A stretch of 64,000 bases of DNA from the human T2T-CHM13v2.0 reference genome, Homo sapiens (GCF_009914755.1 NC_060942.1); one strand, 5' to 3'; numbered from the stretch's first letter, positions 45,971 through 61,901 are shown. Notes: generated by a model not told the origin, from the letters alone. Translations and numbers: made by a program.

Positions 45971-46315
45971 TGTTGATGATATACCAAGCACATACTAGGT
46001 GCTAAGGTCATCTTCATTAACATAAGCTAATCTCTTATTAATAAAGAATCCATTTATTAAACAATTATATATAATGATGCGCAAGATGATTGTAAATTGT
46101 TTTGGTTCAATTCTCTGCTCCAAATTTAAAGTGATAGATTAAATACCAATAGAAGGAAAAAACTCAAAAGATATAGCTAGATTGGAAAACAATATAAATA
46201 TTTCTAATGCAAATAATGAATGAGGCTTAAACGAATATGAAATGGCATCTGCAAGTTTTGCTCCTGAAGACAAAGAGATCTAAATGACAATATTTAAAAT
46301 GAAAATGACTTTATG

Positions 46316-46768
<453 letters not shown>

Positions 46769-47429
46769 TTAAACAAGATGTGGTACAAAAGAAGTTGTAC
46801 TAACAAATAAACCCCAAAACACAATGGCTTGAGTAAGATAAGTGCTTATTTTTTATCAAATCATAGTGATCTGGGTCAGGTAAGGCAGCTCTGCCATCTT
46901 CGCATTTGCTTTTATCTCTCAGTTCACAATGGCTGGCTGCCCCAATTCTTGTCAATGCCTGATTAGCAAGAGTGAAGAACAGATCATGATTGACACATGC
47001 ACCTTACTTTTATATATATGATCGAATAGTACTCTTCATTATTTCTGCTCTGATGAACTGACCAGAACATAGTCACAAGACCTTACCAAGACTCAGGATT
47101 TTCTATTATTTGAAAAGGGAAGAATCAATGTTAAGGATGACTTGTCTTTGTTTGTAACAGAAAAAATTGAAAGGAATGAAATAATAAAAATAAAAGAATA
47201 TTTTAGTGATATATAAAACAAGGAGACTATAGAGATTATCAACAAAACAAAAAGATGGATGCTAAAAATAGATAAACTTAGCAAGAGTGATAAAAAGAGA
47301 AAAATACACAAAATATTAGAAAATAGACACACATCTAAAAATCAGTGTCGTGTTTTTGAAATCCTAATAGAATTCTATTAGCAGTATTATGCAAGTACAT
47401 TAACAAAATTTAAATAAAATTGAATATTT

Positions 47430-47734
47430 TCTTTTCTTTCTTTCTTTTTTTTTTTTTTGAGACAGGGTCTCACTCTGTTGCCAGGCAACAGTGTCGCGAT
47501 CAAGGCTCAATGCAGTCTTGAACTGCAGGACTCAGGTGATTGTCCCTCTTCAATTTCCTGAGTAGCTGGGACCACAGGCACATGCCACCACGTGGGGCTA
47601 GTTTTTAAAAACTTTTTGTAGAGACAGGGGTCTCCCTATGTTGCCTGGGCTGGTCTTGAAATCCTGGGCTCAAGCGATCTTTCCACCTCAGCCTCAGAAA
47701 GTGCTGGGGTTACAGGCGTGAGCCACCATGCCCA
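47430..47734 (-). mobile_element. AluJo
   Basis: Diverged reverse dimer; flanks TGAATRTTTT. Confidence 0.9.
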
Positions 47735-48275
47735 CTGAATGTTTTCTAGTATATATTTAACAGATCTTAACCAAAGAAGAACATCAAAAAAACTAAATAC
47801 ACCAACAGCAATTAAAGACATTGAATTAACAATTAAATGATTTTTCTGAAAGACACTAGTCTAGTTTAGACACTTTTATAAACTCATTTGCCAATCATTT
47901 TTTTAAAATTTCAGAATACAAGAATTTCTTAGAATAGCGTCAATAATAAAATTTTCCAGCACAACTCAATCAACATATCACATGCAATTTTATTTGAGCA
48001 GAGATGCAAAATTCTAACTAAAATACAAACAACTTAAATTAAATAGTGCGTAAATTTCACCTAGTTGCCAAGGAAAGAATATGCCAGTATGCCAGGAATG
48101 TCAGGATGTTCAACATTAGAAAATGTGTAACATAATATAAGCAATAATAGCTATCTTGAGCAAATCTAACGAGCATCTTTATAAATGAAGATATGACAAA
48201 ATTCTTACACATAGATCTTTATTAATGTTGTATATCTACTTAAATGTGACTGAAAACATTGTGCCTAATGGCTAA

Positions 48276-48560
<285 letters not shown>

Positions 48561-48692
48561 CTTAATGGCTAAACTTTGTAATCTTTTCCATAAAGGATTT
48601 ACACATCTTTTATTAGCTTTGTTACCTTGTCATGTTTATTGCTTATTCTGTATGGAATCTTATATTTCTTTGCACTCTCTAATTGTTTTATA

Positions 48693-48695
<3 letters not shown>

Positions 48696-48731
<36 letters not shown>
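48696..48731. repeat. (TA)n microsatellite
   Basis: Direct reading. Confidence 0.95.
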
Positions 48732-48735
<4 letters not shown>

Positions 48736-48777
48736 AAAACTCTATTGATATTTTTATGTAGTTTTTCTTTAGTGTTC

Positions 48778-49015
48778 TTTTTTTTTTTTTTTTTTTTTTT
48801 TTAGAAATGGAGTCTTGCTATTAGATTGGTACAAAAGCAATGGCAAAACTGCAATTACTTTTGCACCAACCTAACATGTCACCCAGGTTGGAGAGCACTG
48901 GCTATTTACAGGCACAATCTTAGCACACTGTAGCCTAGAATCCCGGCCTTAAGTGATGCTCCCACCTAAGCCTCCTGAGTAGCGAGGACCACAGGTGCAT
49001 GCCACCATGACAGGC
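48778..49015 (-). mobile_element. FAM (fossil Alu monomer) interrupted by MADE1
   Basis: Has the FAM-type TGGCTATT(T)ACAGG segment absent from Alu arms; long poly-T. Confidence 0.8.
48821..48874. mobile_element. MADE1 (Hsmar1-derived MITE), internally deleted
   Basis: TTAGATTGGTACAAAAG...GCAATTACTTTTGCACCAACCTAA; TA on the left, CA (decayed TA) on the right. Confidence 0.9.
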
Positions 49016-49391
49016 GTACAGGTAAGCCTACTAGATTTTTATGGAGACAAACAAAGAGACATTAGCTCATTTTATAATTATTATACCTTTTATTTATTTT
49101 CCTTCTCTTATTGCATCAACTGGATTTTTAAGTGAGAACAAGGGTGCTCACTATCCTCACTTCTACTCAACAATGTACAATGTAACAATTCACGTAAAGC
49201 ACACTTTGAATGACCAATGATCTAATAAAAGAATACTCCATTACACTAATAATCAGGGTAATTCAAATTAAAACCATAAAGAGGTGCATTTAACTTCCAC
49301 CAATTTGATGATAATTGAAAAATCTAACAATTCCAAGTGATGATAAAGATATAGAGAAATCACAAATTGCTGACAGAGATATAAATTTGCA

Positions 49392-49552
49392 CAGTCACAA
49401 TTCTCAAAGTGTGGTCCCTGGACCATCAGAACCTGAGCACTTGTTAGAAATGTACATTCTCTGGCTCCATCCTAGACCTACTAAATCAGAAACTCTGGGC
49501 ACAGAGCTAGCAATCTGTGATCCAAAGAATACTTAAGTCTGATAACTCTGAC
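49392..49552. mobile_element. MER5A (hAT-Charlie MITE) inside an old L1
   Basis: TTCTCAAAGTGTGGTCCCTGGACC...CTTGTTAGAAATG...AGACCTACTAAATCAGAAACTCTGGG. Confidence 0.85.
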
Positions 49553-49723
49553 TTAAAGGAACACACTGATAAGCTATTTGACATTATCTGGCAAAGATGA
49601 AGTTATAACAGTTTTACTTCTAAGTATAAACCCTGGAGAAACTCATATGCATCTATTAACAGAAACATGAAACAAAAAATTCATGGCAGTATTATTTGTA
49701 GTAATATAAAGTTAGAAATTTGC

Positions 49724-50028
<305 letters not shown>

Positions 50029-51415
50029 TCAGAAATCTGTTGTAAATGTCCTTCAATAGGAGAATTGAAGAATATTTCTAATAAAACATACCTCATTCTT
50101 CACCCCACAAAATCATTCTTATTTGTTATTTCAAAAACAGACTTTGAAACATTTTAATTTACTTAGGAACCCAAATAAAACTCATGAAAGAACTTTGGAA
50201 TCACTCAAATTAATAATCTGAGACAAATTTACTGAGAGAAATATGTCCATGGAGAGCCAGCAATAATTTTGTAAGTGATATCCTAAGGAAAGTCAATTAT
50301 CATTAAACATTCTCAGCATGAATATAACTAGAAAGTTTTACTTAAAAGGACAAGGACATCCTAACCTATTTTACTGTTTGAAACTTAGTTTTAAAAAATT
50401 AAGAGTTTTATGTTTGTAGTATCCAATAGAAGGACAGTATCTATCTGGCTTAATTCATAGGGATATTAACCATCCTTAGAAAACTGTTTGGGGCAAATGA
50501 TGACTCACTTTGTGTAGTTGTTGGACAGGTCTGAACAGATTTCAGACCATCCATTATTAACACTCACTAATAGAGGCCAAACTATTCCCACCTTCACATC
50601 ATCTGATCTTAAGCAATGTGTGTCCTGCCATCAGTCACAGTCGGAGGTAGACAGGGCAAGATGAACATCATCTGTTCTCCCTGCCATTTTCATCCATCAC
50701 TGCCTTGGGGAATCCCATGGAGCCTAAGGAGGAGCTGTAAGTGGTGTAGAAAATGAACCCAGAATGAGAACTTAGGAAATAGGTGTGTTGCCCCAACTAT
50801 GTTATAAAAATAATAGAATTTTAGAATGTTAGCGTTAAAGGGACCTCATAGATCATCTTGTCCCATGCCATCATTTTAAAGATGAGATTCAGAGTGAGAA
50901 AGTGACTTGCCCAACACCATTCTCACACCATCAATTATTTATTGAGAAATAGATGGAATAGAGTGAGAGGTGTACTCAAATACCAATCCGAGGCCCAGAA
51001 TCTTAGACACTCCACAGCGCAGTGTGACTGTGTCTGGGGCCAGTTAACAATCTCTCCCAGTCCACTCAGTTTTCTCAGTCCACTCAGATACTGTGTGTCC
51101 CTCCCTGCCCTTGTGATTATAGTGGGAGCAGAACAAACGTGTAGGAATTTCTCCACTTTTCTCTGCTTTGCTTTTGGTCATACCTTCTGTCACTTTGTCT
51201 TTTTTCCTCTGTTTTATTAATTTCATGTCTTAGAGAACTCTTGTCATTGTCTCCTTTTTAGAAGATCATAGGAAGCTAATTATAAATGTCACCCTGTCCT
51301 ATAAAATGTTAGACAAACCTAAGAGGTAACTGGGAGTTTGTTTACCCACTGTTTCATGAACTGTTGGTACAACAGTTGGTACAACTGTTGCTCCACTAAG
51401 CCAATGTACCAAAAT

Positions 51416-51478
51416 TGTGTGTGCATGTGTGCGTGCATGTGTGCGTGCATGTGTGCGTGCATGTGTGTGTATGTGTAT
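51416..51478. repeat. Alternating purine-pyrimidine repeat (GTGCATGTGTGC)n
   Basis: About four 12-bp units merging into (TG)n. Confidence 0.9.
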
Positions 51479-52463
51479 TGAAGGTGGACAAATTAGAGGC
51501 AGGCAAGGCAAGGGAAAATACATGAAGCACCCAGGCAAAGGCAGTTTGAAAAACAACCTAACAAGTAGACAACAGAGAGGCTAGAGATGGAAGACAAACT
51601 TCCAATTTTGTAATTGGAACAAAAGTCAATTCTGACTAAACTGTTCTTATAGAGATAAAAAAAACATAGTACATAGATATGGATGTTCCAGGCTACCTCT
51701 TTTATCCAACCCCAACTCCATTTAACATCTTCATGTATGATCCAGGAACAATTCGCAGGCATCCTTCCTATGTCTTGATAGAATATTGTGGTTCTTGGAA
51801 ATATAGCTGATGCAAGCCGTTACATATGCTATGTACACAAATCACTTATCATTAATAGACGTGAGCTTCCAGTGAGCCTCTTCCATCTGATTCAATTACT
51901 ACATGGCCTCGCCACAGGTCTGCACTTCTCAAACTGGGATACCACCTTTGGTGCTGAGCTGGAACATCAAAGTCACAGAATAAGTATTCATGGAGTGTTA
52001 ATTTCATTTGAAAATTTAGGAAAGGGATATATTAAGTTATTTAACAATTTAAATTATTTGCTTATAAAATGGACACATTCTAGTGTAGAATGCAAAACCT
52101 ATCTACTTTTGGGAAATGCAACTCCTGATCACAACATTGCTGACTGACACAAATGTGGTGGTCGAGGGGCAGGAGTTCCTTTCAAAGCCCCCATGTTGGC
52201 CTGAGTCATGATAGCAACTGTCCGCTCAGCACCAGCGAGGAGCAGACTCCATCCAAAAGTGAGATGGCATCCCTAGCATGATTGTTGTTGTCATAATTAT
52301 TTCTTACTAAAATTAGTCACATCTACTGAAATTTGCGGAGCCATGAGAAAAGTACACAGAATTCTCTTTAATCACGGTGCTCATAATTTCCCTTTCCATT
52401 TTACATTGAAATGTTTTACAAGAGTTCTGGGCTTATTTTGCTTACATAGTACACATGCCAACA

Positions 52464-52467
<4 letters not shown>

Positions 52468-52495
<28 letters not shown>
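52468..52495. repeat. (CA)n microsatellite
   Basis: Direct reading. Confidence 0.95.
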
Positions 52496-52735
52496 ACTGC
52501 AGAGAGAAACATTTCGATTATTAAATATGTAAACCTCACATAAGAAAACACTTCATGCATTTTTCTCATTTTCGTATTTTAAAACTTTTAGGCCCTAGCT
52601 TATTTTACCTTGCTTTTTTACAATCATAATGACTTTTAAGATGAAAATTTCTGAATTCATGTTAAAGCTCACAACTTCTGGGAAGAGTGCATATCTAGAC
52701 ATAGCCCAGTAAGTTTTTGATCAGTCCCATACAGT

Positions 52736-52737
52736 AT

Positions 52738-52776
<39 letters not shown>

Positions 52777-53073
52777 TTATTTATTTTGGAAAGGGAGTCT
52801 TGCTCTGTTGCTCAGGCTGGAGTGCAACGGTGTGATCTTGGCTCAATGCAACCTCCTCCTCCTGGATTTAAGCGATTCTCCTGCCTCAGCCTTCTGAGTA
52901 GCTGGAATTACAGGTGCCTGCCACCATGCCTGGGCAATTTTTTTTGTATTTTTAGTGGAGATGGGGTTTCACCATGTTGGCCTGGCTGGTCTCGAACTCC
53001 TGACCTCAGGCGATCCACCTGCCTTGGCCTCTCAAAGTGCTGGGATTACAGGTGTGAGCCACTGCACCAGGCC
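52736..53073 (-). mobile_element. AluS with (TTTA)n tail
   Basis: TSD CCCATACARTATTT. Confidence 0.95.
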
Positions 53074-53100
53074 CCATACAATATTTTAAAAACAATTTTT

Positions 53101-53399
<299 letters not shown>

Positions 53400-53789
53400 T
53401 TTAAAATATATAATTCTGTATCCATTCATCTTGATAAATTCTAAAATCTTTTTATTCTTCCGTTCTCACTTCCTGAAAACTTTCCCACATCTCTATTCAC
53501 ATTGCACTTTTAATTCATTTTATGAGGTTTGAGTATTAATATATCCAAGTAGACACATATCACTGTCCCTCTCAAAAAGAAGGGCAAGTGTAATATGCTA
53601 ATAGAGTGAGTATCCATCGTCCAAGTAACTGCAGTACTGTCTACTCAAAAATTTCACCCATACCTTGTCCGTTCCTTCCAAATAGTAGTTAAGGCTTTTT
53701 ACTCAGTAAATGATCACAATCCACATAATATGAATTTAAGAACATACACTATTGGAAAACACTGTGCTTCAAATCTGGACAAATATAAC

Positions 53790-53985
53790 ATTAATTAATT
53801 AATCCATTCAATAGACATTTGAACAGATACCATTGTATACAGGACACAGTGTTTAGTGATAAAAGATAGTTCCTGTTCATAGAGTTTTCCATCCTTTGCA
53901 GGAGATAGATGAATGATGTCCATGAATTTCATAGCATCACAACAGAGGAAAGTATAAGGTTCCTGTAGGAAAAGGCACATGATAC
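53790..53985 (-). mobile_element. L2 3' end
   Basis: ATCCATTCAATAGACATTTGAACAGATACC...GGACACAGTG. Confidence 0.55.
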
Positions 53986-53989
53986 TGGG

Positions 53990-54445
53990 CTATAGATCAG
54001 TCCACCAGGAAGCAGACTCTGAGATGGATATTTGCCTGCAGAATATTTATATGGAATTGCCTCAGGATAAACACCAAAGGGATGTAGAGGGTCAAGGATT
54101 CCAAAGAGTGAGAGGTTGAATTTTGAAGCAGTCAGAACTCAGGACTCACCTGATGTTCCATTCCAGGGAGCTCTGCAGCCAGAGGCACCCTCCATAGTTG
54201 CCCACCTTGGGGGCAAGGGTGCAGGGCCTTAATTTCCTCACCTCACTACATCCCAGGCATTGAATGAGAGTTGTCCTCTGGAGGGAGTGTGACCCTGAGG
54301 AAAGGAGATATGGCTTTCTTGGGCTGAAGTCAAATCCCATGGAGGAACTCAACTGAGAGATGTCAGTCACCAATTGCAGCTCTGAAGCAATGGGCGCCTC
54401 AGTCCTGAAAGGGGACCTGGGCTGTCCACCATGGGATCCACTACC
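53990..54445 (-). mobile_element. LTR16-like ERVL LTR
   Basis: GGAAGCAGACTCTGAGATGGATATTTG...AGGGAGCTCTGCAGC...CAGTCCTGAAAGGGGACCTGGG. Confidence 0.6.
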
Positions 54446-55942
54446 CCCTGTATCTGTCAGCTGCTCTCCATACAGGTACTTACCCTACCCCATCTCACCC
54501 AAACTAGTGGTAAGGATTACAGAAGCCACCATGGGTCTATTATGCAAACACATGCAGCCTGAGAGAGAACAGCCATTTCCATAGCTATTTCCACCTATGG
54601 TCTTCAAGGGTTGATGTGTGCATTAAATTCAGAAGCAAGGAAACACAGGAAAAAGCCTTTTCACAGACCACCAAATAAGCTTATTTTCCAAAATTACCAT
54701 TTCCTTTTACTTCCTTTCTGCCTCTGCTCCCCGACTCAAATTATTTCCATTTCATAGTACCATCATTTATACTTAATGATTGAGATATTTGGGTGAGAAA
54801 AGTCTTTCCTCTCTTTATGTATGTATTAACCTGTGTAATATAATGGTGATAAAATTGATCCTGATAGAATTTATAATACAGTTTTTTTAGAGATAAAAAT
54901 TTCCCAGCCAAACAGTCTTATTGTCTTGGTTTTTAGAAAAAGCTTTTTCATCAGTTTTCTTCCAGGAAAAAGAAAGGAATAAAATGTACATTAAAATGCC
55001 TAAAAAATATTTCCTTTGTGTAGAATCTTAGGGTTTCTAAGTTAAAAGAAACTGAGAATATGTTCTTTTTTTTAAATTTATAAAGTTCAAAAACTTAAAA
55101 TTTAAAGAAGCATGAAAGTTTACTTGGGTATGTATTCAGTTGTAACTCAACTACCTGCTGCTAAATGCTGGTATAAATGCTTTCTTCATATAACTCTTTT
55201 CACTTTTACTTAACCTCACCCTCAACTCCAAGATGAATCCTTTACCTTTTCCTTACCTACCTTAGAGGACTGGGGCAGCAAGAGGAGGGATAAAATTGGA
55301 GATCTGTGACAAAGCTAATGCAAATGATAAAATAATAAGAAAAATAAAATAAAATAAGATAAAATAATAAGAAAAATAAAAGAAGAGCAGAGATAAAAAA
55401 TGATAATGTACCATTAACTAAGAAGCAGAGACAATTAACTTACGTGCAGCTAAAATCCAGAAGGAGAAAGGAAGGGGAAGTGGGGAAAAAGAAAAAAAAG
55501 AATGAGCCCTATGATAATAACACAAAGAAAGGAAAGTCACTGCATTTGTTTGAATTTGGTGTTACGGTGTCAAGCAGGTACAGAAACTGATCACTTAGAA
55601 AGGCAACAGAAAAGACTAAATTTGGGAGGAAAAACACATGAAAATTCAAAAAGGTGTTGAAAGTAATTTATTGCATGGGGTCTTGACTTACTTTTATGCA
55701 GGTTTCTTAATTTTCACTCAGAATTGTCATTTTTTTTTAATTTTTAAATAATCTTTATGAACTGAAAACCATTGTGTTTTATTTCTAATTTCTAGAGAGA
55801 AATAATTAATGTTACTACCAGAATTCTCTTATTTATTGTTCTTTGAGGCCCAAGCAGAGGCAAAACCCCTTAAGGGCCTGCAACAGCTAGTAATTACTGT
55901 GAAAGAAAAAAAGCAAGAACAAAAATTTAAAAACTTAGGGTC

Positions 55943-56627
55943 TGTGATGTTGAGTTTCTAGTATGTCAACTGAGCTAAGGTTGAACTATGTCTCCTCCTG
56001 CTCAAGAGGTGGAGAGGAGGTGAAGCCTGGTTCTTTCTGTGTTCTGAAGCTTGTGCAGAGCCTGTGGTGCCGTAACAGCACTCCCATTTCGTTGCTTATC
56101 TCCTGGCCCACCCTTGGTGGTACAGCAGTAGGACTGCAGCTCCTGCAGCTCACACTCTATCTCCTCCTCCAGCTCACACTCTATCTCCTCCCCCAGCTTT
56201 CCTGATTCTGCGCCAGATAAGTGATCCACACACCCAGGCCATCCAAGTTGGAGGCTTAGAGAAGTAAGCAACCGAGGCAAGTTCCAGTTGGTCCTCACGG
56301 CTCACCTTCACAGGATCCAGTTTATCTTTGCTTTCTGCATTTTCATTTCATCTTCCCTCCCCAAGTGTGTGCTCTGTGGATGTTAGTCTCCAGCACCAGT
56401 TGCAGAAACTAAAGCATCACACAGAATGTATAACCAACTTTCACAACTGATTAAGGTCAGATTGCTAAAATCTTCCTTTCTTCCTTCCTTCCTTCCTTCC
56501 TTCCTTCCTTCCTTCCTTCCTTCCTTCCTTCCTTTTTACCTTCCTTCCTTCCATTTTCCTTTCTTCCTCCCATTCTATCTTCTATTTACTAAAATTTCTG
56601 CTGGTCTAACTGAGTCCTAACCGATAA
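55943..56627 (+). mobile_element. LTR41-like ERVL 5' LTR, with (TTCC)n expansion
   Basis: TGTGATG...GCTAAGGTTGAACTA; CTGTGGATGTTAGTCTCCAGCACCAG; AACCAACTTTCACAACT..AAGGTCAGAT. Confidence 0.6.
56472..56570. repeat. (TTCC)n polypyrimidine tract
   Basis: Direct reading. Confidence 0.95.
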
Positions 56628-56797
56628 AGAATTTGGAAGTGGAAGTGGTTATAGAGGAAAGCTGATAACAAGAAGCTCTGAGAAAAATATATGTGGATAA
56701 ACTAGGTAGGTAGAAGGTGTGCATATACTTGCTTTCAAAGTGATAGCTCACCAAAGAGCAAGGAGGATCTTTATAATCAAGTAGGTAAGATGACTTA

Positions 56798-57136
<339 letters not shown>

Positions 57137-57650
57137 CTAGTTACCTCATTCATTCCTTGGGCTCATGACAAAAATGGCAGCGGCAGTAGGGATAGAGGTT
57201 ATGCATGGGCTCAGCAGCATGGAATTTCACTCACCAAGGCCAATCTGGCTGCATTCTTTAAGTGTCCAATCTGCCAATAGCAAATACTGACACAAAATAA
57301 CTGTTACGGTGGCCTTCTCTGGGTGGATTAACCAGCCACCTGGTGATGAATTGATTATGGAGGACTACTTCCATCATGGAAGCGGCAGCATTTTGTTCTC
57401 ATTGACATAGACCCTCTGGATATGAATTTTCCCTGTCTGTACATACTGCTTCTTCTAAAACCAACATCTCTGGACTTATGGAATGCTTTATTTGCTGTGA
57501 TGTCATTTTATACAGCATTGCTTCTGATCAATGAACTCTTAAAAGCCAATGAAGTCTGACAATGTACCATGCTCACATAATTCGCTGGTCTTACCATGTG
57601 GCTCATCACTCTGAAGCAGCTGGCCTTGTAGAATGTTGGAATTGGGGTGA

Positions 57651-57957
<307 letters not shown>

Positions 57958-58682
57958 GGGATGGTTTTGGTCTCAATAACAGTGCAAGCTGGGATAGCAA
58001 TATTTAGAAAGCCAGGAAATGCTATGTAGAGTATGTTACATGTTCTAAATCCGTGACCAATGTATAGTGCTATTTCTACCATAGACGAGATGGTTATGGC
58101 AATTGGTTCGTCTCACTATAATTCCCCTAGTGATAGATTAGCAAACTTTTTGTTTTTTTTTTCCCTGCAGCCTTTGGCTCTGCTGGTCTAGAAAATAGTT
58201 CTCAAGTGAAGAATTCTTTGTACCAAGACAAAACAGTGGTTCATTTAAATAATGAAACTGGAAGTTGAAACTGTCCTCTAGACACTAGGCTCTTTGTACT
58301 AGTAATTAATAAGCAAAGAGGAGGGTTACCTGTACTGGATGAGATAATTGATTCTGATTATCAAGGTGAAATTGGATGGCTACTTCACCTTGAGGGTAAG
58401 CAGAACTGTAAAATACAAATGGTTTCCCTGAGGGGTGACTTTTACAATTCCCCTGCCCTATGATTAAAGCTAATGGAAAACTAAACAACACAATACAGTC
58501 ACCAAGATTGCTAATGGTGCAGACTCTTCAGAACGGTTTGGGTCACTTCCCCGCATGAGGTACCACAGCCAAATAAGATGTTTGTTTTAGGGAACGTGAA
58601 TAAAAAATGAGTAGTGGAAGAACATGGAAAAACATACAAGATATGACTATGGGATCAATTTCGTATGACTATGGAATCAATT

Positions 58683-59370
<688 letters not shown>

Positions 59371-59783
59371 AACCCTCATGCTTTATAGAGTACCCTAGGA
59401 TACTGACAAAAGGGTAGCCCTAGCAGAAATTCTGAATGTTTTTAAGTCTTAATTCTTAAACCCCAAACTTCATCTACTTAGAACCTGCGTCATTTTTCTT
59501 CCACTTTATTATTAGGGAGTCAATTTTTTTCAGTGTCACCTGTGCCTTTCAAATTTTCATGCACATTGTACACTTTATGATACCTGATACTTGGCTGCGT
59601 TTTCCTGATGGTTCCTGATGATGACAAGAGGAAGTTTAGAAAGTTTGGGGATACCCCATAACCTACATTAGTCTCCCCAAAGGCATTCCCCCTCCCCAAT
59701 AAACATATTATCTAAATAAATTTTGTAAGGATTCTAAGCAAATTTAGCTTCAAAGACAAATCCTATTTTTTCCCCATTTATCC

Positions 59784-59860
59784 AATTTGAATTGTGTGAA
59801 CTTGCCAACTTTCAATCTTTTCTCACTTAGAAAAATGGCAATTTCATATAGTTCAACCTA
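59784..59860. mobile_element. MADE2 mariner MITE
   Basis: GGCAATTTCATATAGTTCAACCTA|TA terminal repeat with a degenerate partner (TTGAATTGTGTGAACTTGCC). Confidence 0.7.
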
Positions 59861-60524
59861 TAGATTATGAAAAAGTTTTGTTTTTTCCCTTTCAGCACAG
59901 TGTCCTGAAGATGTCTTCTGGCATTTACCACTACCTAAGGCCTCCTATCTTTACATATTTCTTTCAGAGGCAGGTCCCCTCCTGCCTGGCTTAGTGGGCC
60001 ACCTCTGACATTAGAAGGTTGAAACATTTCTATTAAATGAAGGATCAAATGTAGGCAAGAGAAAGCTAGTAAGCAAAGAAAGCACTAAAGTCTCATTCTT
60101 TCTCCTGTGAAAATGTCAGTGCCTCCTGGAGGTCTACTTTAATTTTATTTTTTTTTTTATTGGTGTTTGAACTATACGGAGATAATAATAGTGTGATATT
60201 AAAGGCAATTTAACATGAAAATCTGCCCATTGAGTAGTTTCTCTGTGTTGGTTAGCACCTTATGAACATCTTCCTTAATTTTTAAAATAGCACTTATAAT
60301 TATGATTTGCCTAGCATTTTGGAAGTGGAATAGGTGAGTGGGGATATGTGTGGAGGTATTATAAATTCCAGGAATGAGGTGGACATAGTAGGAATGGGAA
60401 GTTTTACTTTTCCTTTTTGCCTCTCTCTCTCTTAGTTGAAAGAGGCTTAGATCTGAGATGTTATACTTCTATTGATGTGTAAAAACCAGTATATATTTTT
60501 AGTTCATCAGTATAAAAATAGTCA

Positions 60525-60800
60525 TTGAATCATAATGTATTCGAGCTGTGGAAGAATCTTAATGGTCTACCAGGTTGACTACCCAGGTTTACTGGAGTCT
60601 CCTTTCAACATCTTTCTGAGGTGTGTACTCATTTAGCTGCTCTTTGATTCTTCTCATGGGTGTTTCCACAACTCGAAGCAGCCCATTCTATTTGGGGCAT
60701 ATCTGATAATTAGTAGAATTCCTAAATGAGCCAAAATCTGCTTCTCTGAAACTTTCATCCATTGATCTCATTTTTTTTTTTTAATTAGAAGACTACTCAG
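60525..60800 (-). mobile_element. L3/CR1 relic
   Basis: GCAGCCCATTCTATTT...TGAGCCAAAATCTGCTTCTCTG.AACTTTCATCCATTG. Confidence 0.55.
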
Positions 60801-61661
60801 AAAAATATTCAATTTCAGTTGCCTAATACAGAGTTAGGAATTGTGGCTTTGTGTAAGTGCCATCAATTGAAAAGCACTGTAGGAAAATATGTGCTATTGT
60901 TATTTCATATTTTAAAGTCAAGTATTTGAAACCAGCTATTAGGTCAAGGGACTGAATAACTTATTCAAAAATGACCTAAGCTTCTCCCTATAATTAAATG
61001 CTTAGAAAATTTTATCCAGATCTTTGTTATTCCTACTCAGTTGAAAGTAGATTTCTAGATTTCTTTTTGTAGAAGTGTAAATTGTGTTTTACTTTTTCAA
61101 AGACAAATCAAGGTGTGAATATGACTTTTACAATTAGGTCAATAAGTTTAGTTAAACATTAATCTAGCCTTTGTGTATTTTATGTGATTTATCTTACAAA
61201 AATATTATTTACATACAACTATTTATGACTTTTCATTAATAGAACTAGGTATACCTGTAACTATATAATTATTTAGACACTTCATTCTTTGTTATGACTG
61301 GCTTATTTACTTAGCAACCCATAGTTCTGTATGTAGATAATATGCTAATCAATAAAAGATTTGGATAAGGTAAGAATACATTGATAATATATTTATATAT
61401 TATATTCCTTCTGGGATTCATTTGAATATCAGTAGCTCTCATTCTGGGAGATCATTTCTTAATGTTTTACCTGATTTTCCCTTATTTGTCCTCATAATTA
61501 CATTCTAATGGTATTAGCCCCAAATTGCAGACCCAGAAATGGAGTGGCTTAGGAACAAAGAGAATAATTCATCAGCAGAAGCTCACAAAACCAGTGACTA
61601 GCTGCTGAGATCTGTTTGAGCCCATACCACTCTGCCTTCGGTCTTACTAGAAGTCAAGGTT

Positions 61662-61901
61662 CTGAAATCAGGGTTTCAGAAGGGCCACACTCTCTCTGGA
61701 TGTGGAAATCTGTTCTTTGCCTCTTAAAGCCTCTGGTAGCTGCCAGCATTCTTTGGCTTATTGCCTTATCACTCCTATCTCTGCCTCAGTGGTCACGTTG
61801 CCTTTTATTTTGTCTGTATCAAATCTTCCTCTGCTTCCCTCTTATAAAGACATTTATGATTCCATTTATGGCCTACCTGGATACTCTGCCCATCTCAAAT
61901 T
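61662..61901 (-). repeat. 240-bp near-identical copy of part of the MLT1 at 62713-62952
   Basis: 8 substitutions in 240 bp, no indels, same orientation. Confidence 0.95.
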
